Position numbers and translations under genes: made by a program. This document shows, in pieces, positions 10,801 to 17,924 of a DNA stretch of 60,913 nt (positions are counted from its first letter, which is position 1; each line of letters starts with the position of its first letter). The notes beneath the pieces are model-generated. The model was given only the letters and a program-made list of their open reading frames with translations. It was not told where the DNA came from and searched no databases. Source of the stretch: Acidobacteriota bacterium (lineage in GTDB: Bacteria > Acidobacteriota > UBA6911 > JACQTF01). The DNA is taken from contig JACQTF010000179.1 of the NCBI GenBank assembly GCA_016210925.1, forward strand, positions 1 through 60,913. Reading direction: 5' to 3'.

Positions 10801-11011
10801 GATACCTGCCCCGATCATCTGTGACGATCGTCCTCGTGATCTCGGTCGCCAGATTCTTGATCACGACAGTGACCGCAGGTAACACGGCACCCGTCTCATC
10901 CCTAATGGTCCCAGAGATGGTTGCCGTGGTGACTTGAGCCCAAGCCGCCTGGCTACAAACAGTGAGTGCCAACAAAAGTGCAAAAAGGTGAAATCGCTTT
11001 TTAGGCATCAT
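7895..11011 (-). CDS. TonB-dependent receptor with CarboxypepD_reg-like N-terminal domain
   Basis: Paralogue of 4725..7856. I trimmed the start to the ATG-ATG (11011/11008) after GGAGG, giving MMPKKRFHLFALLLALTVCSQAAWAQ. C-terminus is ARQIQFGLKFLF. Confidence 0.9.
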   Translation of the reverse strand: MMPKKRFHLFALLLALTVCSQAAWAQVTTATISGTIRDETGAVLPAVTVVIKNLATEITRTIVTDDRGRYRAPDLAVGQYEVQAELAGFQTGVRSGLNLTIGREAIVDFTLKVGEITERVVVTGEASMVETTSSAFAALVDDKKIRDLPLNGRSFHELAFLQTGVTFHRAGGGGPGGTPMQKVSISGARPESSKFLIDSGDIMDVFQKTPGSAAGVLLGVETIREFEVKINNFSAEMGNASGGVINAVTKSGTNELHGTVFEFLRNSALDARNFFDVGADPPPFKRNQFGFVAGGPIIRDQTIFLGSYEGLRERLGITTRAFVPNASARRGILPTGTVTVNPTVVPYLSLYPLPSGVQDLGGGVGEFIKSESQRTDEDYFLIKVDHQWSPSDSFFARYTFDDSSQIVPTALGLFSALHLHRNQYLTLEEKRIFSSTLLNTFRFNFNRSKPLSDNLQNFNADPALIFIPGQPFGNIDSSEFTGTGKGSLFPQMYLTNLFEYADNLTYAKGSHSIKSGVHIKRVRLNGFADQRPGGFYTFRSLRDFLLGQPALLQGRLPDVDLDRGWRQSMFGFYFQDDFKWKSHFTWNLGIRYEFITIPTEVNGKVANLRDVMDPAPTLGDPMFLNPSLRNFGPRIGFAWDPWKNGRTSLRGGFGVFHEQVWTQYVRPAGFLSPPFHKSFAIDFPPWPRPLEGGTVRIQDDVQALPFRPQNPYMLQYNLVLQREVFPETVFTVGYVGSHGVKLLRVVDENTAIPQILPDRSGVERFFFPATATRRNPRFAIVRNRRTDASSFYNSLQFSVNRRSGRGFQFQASYTYSHSVDDGSGVLGSVDNRGAVDYPVFPEDHKSSRGLSSFDLRHNFSFNYTYDLPAPGLAGVARRLLGGWQLNGIAKLSTGVPFTVRIGFNRSRNRATGPSLMDRPNLVSGRDNNPVLGDPNGYFDPTAFELPAAGFHGNLGRNTIISPGLASFDFSLVKNNRIAESKNVQFRAEFFNLLNRANFDIPAVLNLFTPQATRIATSGRITSTITTARQIQFGLKFLF

Positions 11012-11662
11012 GACCTCCACGCGCTGGACGGTCGACAGTCTCACAGCTCTCGGAGCCTCCAGAGGCCGCTGCCTCCTTACGGGACCGTCGCGTCCACCAT
11101 GTCCGGCCTGGCACGGTCATCCGCGTCCCAGGGGCGGGGACTCCTGGGCGGGCCCACCGGCTGAAGTCCCAATTCCTCTGCCTTGAAATAACGCCGGGCA
11201 CCCGGGTCGTCATTGCGAATTGCCACTCATAGATCCTCCTCTGGGGGCCCGGCACCGGCCGCGGGTCCAGGTACGGGATCAGCTGGCGCTATTGGTATCC
11301 CAGCCAAAACACTTTGTCAAGTGGATAGAAATCCTTGCCCACCCCCAGTAAAAGGAGGAGAATTCATCGGGCTTGAGATAGAGATGAGAAGGCCAGTCTC
11401 CCCGCAGTACCAGGTAAACTGGTCTGCAAAATTTTAATGAGCCGAGCTCTAAGGCTCAATCGACAAAGGAGACAGGCCACGACCAACTATAGCAGCAAGA
11501 CGGCGGATACAACAGTCGGTTTGGATTTAGCAACGCAGGGCGTTGACGCCACCTTCCACGTGCCCGAGATTTTCGATCCGAAGGCCACGGAGGGTCCCGA
11601 CGCAACCGTCCGAACGCCACCCTCGCGGAGGAGGCACCGGCAGCCCTGATGCACCCCCTGTC

Positions 11663-12493
11663 TCAGAAGATTTCAGGAAAGTGGAAGGTCAAGACCGCAT
11701 TGAGGAATTTGTCTGAGACGATCACGGCCTTGTTCTTGGAATCCAAAACCACCCCACGGGGTTTTTTCAAGGTGCCGTAAGGACCGCCAATCGTCCAGCG
11801 AGGAGGAACGTCGCCCCTGTCGTCGATGCTCCAGACGCCGACAAAGGCCGTTTCCGTGGCCATCTCCACTCCTGAGCCGGGGCCGGGAACGACTACAATA
11901 ATCTCCCCGCGGGGCGGGTAGACCTGGATCCGGGAGATCGAGTTGAGCCCTGTTTTCGGGCCACCGATGACACGCAGAGGCTTCACCTTGCCCTGATCTG
12001 TCCGGTTAAAGATCATCAGGTGGACAGCTCCCTCCTCGCCCTCGGATCCTGTGCCTGTCGCCACCACCATCAGGTTGCGCACAGGATCGACGGCGACCGG
12101 TCCGACACGACGGCCTAAGTCGGTATCAGGCTGCAGAGTTCGAATGGGCGCCACGTCTCCATCGGCTTCCCGTGGGAAAACGAGAACGGAACCGCTTTCA
12201 GGCACGAGAATTTCATTGTTGACGGGATCGATAGCCAGTGAACTCGAGCCTGCCAGTTTTGTCCGAGGACCCGAGATGACTCGAACGGGCGGTTCCTCCC
12301 CTCTCGCTCCTCCTCGAAATGTGAGGACGGCGCAGGCAAAAGGCTGCGGCACCACAATCTCGTCATGGATTTCGTCGTAGAAGATGGCATGCATGGTACG
12401 ACTCATCAGCGTCGCCTGTCCCTCGATCTTGCGAGTGGCCGTGGCATTTCCTTCCGCCAGCCTGGCGAAAACCGCAATCTGCGGATGGGCCAC
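11663..12493 (-). CDS. NHL/YVTN-like beta-propeller repeat protein, C-terminal portion (in frame with 12494..13741 across a single TGA)
   Basis: Repeats of the type GDVAPIRTL...G..VAVDP..N...V. The ORF begins at the codon immediately after the TGA of the upstream ORF, in the same frame. Confidence 0.6.
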   Translation of the reverse strand: MAHPQIAVFARLAEGNATATRKIEGQATLMSRTMHAIFYDEIHDEIVVPQPFACAVLTFRGGARGEEPPVRVISGPRTKLAGSSSLAIDPVNNEILVPESGSVLVFPREADGDVAPIRTLQPDTDLGRRVGPVAVDPVRNLMVVATGTGSEGEEGAVHLMIFNRTDQGKVKPLRVIGGPKTGLNSISRIQVYPPRGEIIVVVPGPGSGVEMATETAFVGVWSIDDRGDVPPRWTIGGPYGTLKKPRGVVLDSKNKAVIVSDKFLNAVLTFHFPEIF

Positions 12494-13741
12494 TCAGTTG
12501 GGCACCAGGATCTCCTCTCTTTTGCTGTCGTAAGCGACCGCACCCGGGTTCCCGATCATCAGCGCAGGTACCCCTGAAGGCCCGCTGCGGATGGTGCGCA
12601 GAGGTGCTGCATCCCCCTCGGCTGTCAACCGATACACTGTGAGGGAGTGACTGCCAAAGTTAGAGACCCAGAGTTCGTTGTTTTTGCCATCCAAAAAGAC
12701 ACCGGTCGGATTCTTGAGCCCCGTTCTGGGGCCTTTCACCACACGCGCGGGGGCCACATTGCCTTCATCCGTTTCATGGAACACCAGGATCGAGTTCGTC
12801 ATGTCGTTCGCGACAAAAAGCTCGCCCCGCTCCACGTCCACAGCCAGACCTGTCGGCCAGTTCAACTGGGTCTTGGGTCCCTGGATCACACGAAGAGGAG
12901 CCGCATCGCCGCTGGCGTCCAGAGCGTGCACCGTGATGGACGGAGGTAAGATCCGGCCTGAGCCTGGAACCTCTCTCTCCAGAGGCCAGTTGGACTTCAG
13001 GCGCCGCGAGACTTCGGCTTCGGGCATCTTGGAGTGCACACTTCCGTAGTTCGTCACGAACATCAGATTCTTCTTCGTATCAATGGCGATCCCGTGCGGG
13101 TCCGCCAACCCGGTGCGATCCCCCTGAATCAGGCGAGCAGGTGTTTCCTCTCCGGAGGCCATCTTGCGGAACACGATGACCGCATTGGCGTGCTGCGAGG
13201 TCAGGTACATCTCCTGCTTGCCCTCGTCCACAGCGATTCCAAAGGTCCCGTGGGGAGTCTTGAGAGCGCGATCGGGCGCAACATTGCCCCTGGCGTTTCG
13301 GGAAAAAATGACCAGGGTGTCAACGGTGTCGTTGTTCACCGCGTAAACATCCCCGCTTTGGGGGTCCACATAAAGTCCGCACTGAAACTCAATCTTGGTT
13401 TTTGGTCCCCCAATGGCGCGTTTCGGTTCAGTCATGGCGGCCGTTGGAGGAGTGTTATCCAGTCTGTTGTAAAACAGGAGTTGGAACAGATTCTCGTCTG
13501 TGGCAACAACTTCGTCGCGCGCAATGTCTACAGCGACAGAACTGGGCGATGAGTAGCTATCGCGAATGACCCGCAACGGAGGTCGCTTTGCCGCGGCGGT
13601 TTTCGGGTCGACTGAACTCTGTGCTCCTCCTAAGAGAATGTTTCGGGCTGCTTCGGCGGATGACAAAATAAAAGCGACCGCCGCCAGCGCCACCAGGGTT
13701 CCCAGAACACCCCAGGCTCGTTTCAGTTTGTAAATTCTCAT
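12494..13741 (-). CDS. exported NHL/YVTN-like beta-propeller repeat protein, N-terminal portion
   Basis: Start trimmed to ATG 13741 after GGGAGG (MRIYKLKRAWGVLGTLVALAAVAFILSSAEA). Repeated units such as GNVAPARVVKGPRTGLKNPTGVFLD..NELWVSN. Ends at TGA 12494..12496. Confidence 0.75.
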   Translation of the reverse strand: MRIYKLKRAWGVLGTLVALAAVAFILSSAEAARNILLGGAQSSVDPKTAAAKRPPLRVIRDSYSSPSSVAVDIARDEVVATDENLFQLLFYNRLDNTPPTAAMTEPKRAIGGPKTKIEFQCGLYVDPQSGDVYAVNNDTVDTLVIFSRNARGNVAPDRALKTPHGTFGIAVDEGKQEMYLTSQHANAVIVFRKMASGEETPARLIQGDRTGLADPHGIAIDTKKNLMFVTNYGSVHSKMPEAEVSRRLKSNWPLEREVPGSGRILPPSITVHALDASGDAAPLRVIQGPKTQLNWPTGLAVDVERGELFVANDMTNSILVFHETDEGNVAPARVVKGPRTGLKNPTGVFLDGKNNELWVSNFGSHSLTVYRLTAEGDAAPLRTIRSGPSGVPALMIGNPGAVAYDSKREEILVPN

Positions 13742-14078
13742 GTTGACCTCCCTTTCCGGGGCTGATTTGCCTTCGCTCATTGGATTCGTCTTCCGAATCG
13801 CCACTCGGGTCTGAGATGAGACGTGGCGAGAATACTATAGTCGTCTTCCTTGCTTGGGTCTACTGTGGATTTGCCGCTGCCGAGCTCAAAAAAGCCTAAG
13901 ATCGGCTTCGTCGTGACGAACTTGGGCTTGGATGAAGCTCTTGAAGGGCAGCATTTCAGCATTTGCGGAAAATCCTTGACATCTCCATTCAGGGGATGGT
14001 AGCAACGTTCTCAATTCTGTTTGCGCGCGCAAGTGTTTTCGGCCGTGGGTAATGGAATGACGGATGGAGGTAGACCCT

Positions 14079-15794
14079 ATGCGACGACGTTGGATAGCAC
14101 TGTCCATGAGTTTGGCGGCGCTGCTGGGTTGTTCCGCGCAAAGGCAGGAAGCGGAATTCCAATCCAAGTACATGGCGCCCCGTTTTCCTTCCTATTTTAA
14201 AGACATAAACTCGGTGGAAGACCTGATGCCTTACGTGCGGACCCTGGTCCGGGCCAAGGTGGGCTTTCAGGGAAAAGGCCTGGGGGAGGCCGGGCCGGGT
14301 GACACGGTCGCGTTGATCGTCCCGTCGACGGCGGAGGATATGGTCATCGAGGCCATTCATCGCGCCTACGACGAGCGGAAGGTCAAAGCGGAGATCGTCT
14401 GGTATCACGACCTGGTGGGGGTCACTCGGGAGCAGGCGCTGGCCCTGGACAAGGCCAGGCGCCCGTACACGGCGGAAAAAGGCTTCATGGAAGCGGCCAA
14501 TTGGATCAACGGCGTCTTCGCGGATCGCAACGTGCCGAAGCAGTGGCTCAAAGAAAGAAGGCCCGATCTGTACAGTGAACTCTTCCCTCCCTCCTCTGAG
14601 CTCTCGAAGGAGCTGGAAGAAGTGGCCAACAAGATGGAGCGGCGCGAGTTTGCCAGAAAGCTGCGGGAGTATATCGAGCGTCATCCCAACGTCAGGGGCA
14701 TTTTCTGGGGCCAGGGAGGAAGTACCGGGCTTCGCCGGAGCCTGTACCCGCACGACAAGAAACTTTTGGGGCTCTTCACTTACACCAACCGCTACGAGGT
14801 GATGAGCAAGATTTCCTCTTTTCCGGGTGACGTGTGGGCCCTGGTCGAGGAGCGGACCATCGAGCCTCTGGGCTGGATAGACCGATTCGAGGCGACCGAT
14901 CCCGAAGGAACCCAGCTGGTGACCGACCTGACTGAGGATCAAGCCGACCGGTGGAACAGGGGCTCTTACCAGCGCGGCCACCTTTACATGTTTCCCAATC
15001 AGGCGACGGGCCGGTTCCCCTACTCCTTTGTGGAGTACCCCGCCCAGGAAAGCAAATGGGTCTCCCGTTCGCCCATGGCTCTGCCGAGCGGTGTGATTGC
15101 GGGCACTCACAGCGGCAGCGGCCTGATCCCCCGGATCGAAGTGCACTTCAAGAATGGTTACATCACGGACGTCAAGGGCGGGGGAGTTTACGGCGAAGCC
15201 TGGAGGGAGTTCCTGAAGTATCCCAAATTGAACGAGCTGACCTTCCCCTTCCACCAGGAGCGCGGCTTTTGGTACCTCTACGAGTGCGCGTGGGGCAGTC
15301 GCCCGAAGGATTTCCGCAATCCCTTCTATCTGGAAAGGGGCAGTATTGGACCGGAGCGGATGCGCGCCGGTGTGATTCACTGGGGCTTTGGCCTTCGGCT
15401 CTGGCATGATCCGGATAAGCCCGTCGAGTCGCCGAGCTGGATCAAGTTTTCGAAGGACAATAACACCCCCGACGACCACGGCTGGCATATCAAGACCTAC
15501 TTCAGCACGTACAAGGTGAGGGTACGTGGGACCGATAAGTGGCTGACCCTGATGGACGGCGGTCATATGACCGCGCTGGACAGTCCGGAGGTCCGCGCAC
15601 TCGCCTCCCGCTACGGGGACGCCGATGCAGTCCTGGCGGAAGAATGGATCCCGCACATTCCTGGGATTAACGTCCCCGGAAAATACGAAGACTATGCCCG
15701 GGATCCCTGGAAGACCGTCAGCGCGGTGTTCGAGCGAATTAAGAACGGAACTTATGAGTACTTCTACCCGCCGGTCGCTAAGAAAACCGGTTAG
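14079..15794 (+). CDS. lipoprotein of the uncharacterised exported family, paralogue 2
   Basis: ATG 14079 lies 8 nt after GGAGG. Lipobox LAALLGCS. Motifs are MAPRFPSYFK, ATDPEGTQL, AGVIHWGFG, GWHIKTYF and EEWIPHIPGINVPGKY. The 555-aa antisense ORF 13989..15656 is an artefact. Confidence 0.85.
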   Translation: MRRRWIALSMSLAALLGCSAQRQEAEFQSKYMAPRFPSYFKDINSVEDLMPYVRTLVRAKVGFQGKGLGEAGPGDTVALIVPSTAEDMVIEAIHRAYDERKVKAEIVWYHDLVGVTREQALALDKARRPYTAEKGFMEAANWINGVFADRNVPKQWLKERRPDLYSELFPPSSELSKELEEVANKMERREFARKLREYIERHPNVRGIFWGQGGSTGLRRSLYPHDKKLLGLFTYTNRYEVMSKISSFPGDVWALVEERTIEPLGWIDRFEATDPEGTQLVTDLTEDQADRWNRGSYQRGHLYMFPNQATGRFPYSFVEYPAQESKWVSRSPMALPSGVIAGTHSGSGLIPRIEVHFKNGYITDVKGGGVYGEAWREFLKYPKLNELTFPFHQERGFWYLYECAWGSRPKDFRNPFYLERGSIGPERMRAGVIHWGFGLRLWHDPDKPVESPSWIKFSKDNNTPDDHGWHIKTYFSTYKVRVRGTDKWLTLMDGGHMTALDSPEVRALASRYGDADAVLAEEWIPHIPGINVPGKYEDYARDPWKTVSAVFERIKNGTYEYFYPPVAKKTG

Positions 15795-15800
15795 GAGGCC

Positions 15801-17834
15801 TTAGCCACTACAAGAGGAATCTGTGGTTTTCAGTTTCTCCACGTCAACCCGCGCATCGTTATAACACGCTCCCCCACCGACCTCGTTGACATCTGCCGGG
15901 CAGAGCGCTGTGGAAGTACGACCGTTCATGGATGATTTCCGCCACGCCCCTTTGGGCAGAGAGACAACGCTTTCCCGAACGCGCTCGCTCACTCTGGCAC
16001 GACAGATGACTTCTCCAAGCCCATTGAACACCCGCACAGTATCTCCCTCAGCAATCCCCCTCGCCGAAGCATCGCGCGGGTGCAACGTGAGCCAGAGCTC
16101 CGGGAAGTTAAACTCACCCAACGTGCTGGTGATCATCTTTGAGGTGGCCGGACTGATCATGGCCAGCGGGAATCCGTCGCTTTTGACCGGACGATAGTGA
16201 AATGGCGACGACCCGAGCGCCGGCGGGGTCAGGTGAATTTTCCCGTCCGGGGTCTGTGGAAAGGCTGTTTTGAACTGTATTGGCGTGGGTCCGGGAAAGT
16301 CATAGGGTTGAGTTTCTCCTGCGGTAAAGATGCCCGCGCTGGCGGGACGGCCATGCAACGTGAGGGCATCAGCCACTTTTTGCATGGAGGTGTGTGTATC
16401 CCAGAAAAACGGTTCATCCTGCCAACCCATGGCGCGTCCTAATGCGGCAAATACCTCGCCATTTGATTTCGCCTCACCGAGGGCCGGAATCACCGGCTGC
16501 ACGCCACCCACCACATAGCTCCCGTAGGCGCGCCGAATGTCCTGATGCTCCAAGAAAGTTGTTGCCGGCAGGAGAATGTCGGCATATTTTGCCGTGTCGG
16601 TCATCACCTGCTCAAATACGACCGTGAACAAGTCTTCTCGTGCCAACCCGCGCAGAATCGCGTTTTGATGGGGCGCGGTGACCGCCGGATTGCAATTGTA
16701 AACGAACAGCCCTTTGATGGGCGGCTGGAGATCGCCGTTGAGCACCTCGCCCAGTTGCGTCATATTGATCATGCGCGTTGGCCAGGCATAGTCGCCAAAG
16801 ATCTTTGTCGTGTCCAATTTTGCCGCCCCGCTGTTGCTCAAGGTGTAGCCACCCCCGCGGACGCCGAACTTCCCCAACAGCGCAGGCATGGCCAGGATAG
16901 CAGCAATGGCTTGACCACCGTTGCGATTTCGCTCCAGCCCCCACCCACACCGGATCACCGCCGGAGTTGATTCGGCGTAGACCTCGGCCAGGATGCGGAT
17001 ATCCTGAGGCGCAACACGTGCTTCTTGGGCAGCCCGCTCCACCGGCCACGCATGAGCCTCCTCCAGCAGGGGTCCAAGACCGTCGGCGTGTTGGCGCAAA
17101 AAATCCCTATCAAGCCGGCCAGCTTCTTTCCAGATGCGGATCATCGCCAGAGCCACTGGTAGGTCGGCGCCAGGGAAAACCGGCACGTGCAGATCGACAT
17201 CGTGAGAAGAGAAATTTTTTAACGGATCCACTACGGCGACAAACGCACCATTCCTCTTGGCCTGGCGTAAAAACGGAACCAGGTGAATATTCGAGACCTT
17301 CGGGTTGGCTCCGCAAATCAGGATGAACTTCGCGTATCGATAGTCTTCAAACGCCACGCCGGGCATTTTGCCGTACATGCCCATCGCCACCTCGGTCGTG
17401 GGTGCAGCGCAAAGGGTTCTGGCCAATCGCGAAGCGCCGAGTCTGGCGAAGTAAAAAGCATCTATCCATCCGTCACTGAGCAGGCCATTGGAGCCGCCAT
17501 AATGATACGGCAAAATGGCTTCGCTACCCCACCCGCGGATGATTTCCCGGAACCGGCTGGTGATCTCAGCCATTGCTTCAACCCAGGAGATGCGCACAAA
17601 TTCTCCAGCCCCTTTCGGGCCACGGCGACGCATGGGATACAGAAGGCGATCCCCATGATAAACTCTCCGGGCGAACCGAGACACTTTATCGCAGATAAAC
17701 CCGTTGGTCGTCGGGTGGTCTTGCGCCCCACCGATGCGTTGAATCCTGCCATCGTCCACGACGACCTCAAGCGCACAGGTATCGGGGCAATCCATGACGC
17801 AGGTTGTGTGGACGATTTTCGCAGTCCTAATCAT
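15801..17834 (-). CDS. cytoplasmic molybdopterin (bis-MGD) oxidoreductase, DMSO-reductase superfamily
   Basis: N-terminal 4Fe-4S motif HTTCVMDCPDTCALEV. No Tat signal. 677 aa with typical MopB and C-terminal molybdopterin dinucleotide-binding regions. Substrate unknown. Confidence 0.85.
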   Translation of the reverse strand: MIRTAKIVHTTCVMDCPDTCALEVVVDDGRIQRIGGAQDHPTTNGFICDKVSRFARRVYHGDRLLYPMRRRGPKGAGEFVRISWVEAMAEITSRFREIIRGWGSEAILPYHYGGSNGLLSDGWIDAFYFARLGASRLARTLCAAPTTEVAMGMYGKMPGVAFEDYRYAKFILICGANPKVSNIHLVPFLRQAKRNGAFVAVVDPLKNFSSHDVDLHVPVFPGADLPVALAMIRIWKEAGRLDRDFLRQHADGLGPLLEEAHAWPVERAAQEARVAPQDIRILAEVYAESTPAVIRCGWGLERNRNGGQAIAAILAMPALLGKFGVRGGGYTLSNSGAAKLDTTKIFGDYAWPTRMINMTQLGEVLNGDLQPPIKGLFVYNCNPAVTAPHQNAILRGLAREDLFTVVFEQVMTDTAKYADILLPATTFLEHQDIRRAYGSYVVGGVQPVIPALGEAKSNGEVFAALGRAMGWQDEPFFWDTHTSMQKVADALTLHGRPASAGIFTAGETQPYDFPGPTPIQFKTAFPQTPDGKIHLTPPALGSSPFHYRPVKSDGFPLAMISPATSKMITSTLGEFNFPELWLTLHPRDASARGIAEGDTVRVFNGLGEVICRARVSERVRESVVSLPKGAWRKSSMNGRTSTALCPADVNEVGGGACYNDARVDVEKLKTTDSSCSG

Positions 17835-17924
17835 CTTTCCAATCCGATCTTCTCCAGCAACTCGGTAAACCTGAGCATATCAAGAGGCTTCCATCAGCGA
17901 ACAGGTCCCTGATGCTCCGGGAGG

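Noticed and set aside
11044-11662. ORFs 11213..11437 and 11437..11649 in the intergenic gap
   Set aside because: Low-complexity translations with no RBS or family motif. The region looks like non-coding or decayed sequence apart from the short propeller-tail echo.
13989-15656. 555-aa minus-strand ORF
   Set aside because: It is antisense to the well-supported lipoprotein gene 14079..15794. It has Arg/Pro/Gly/His-rich composition with no motifs, which is the typical high-GC shadow ORF.
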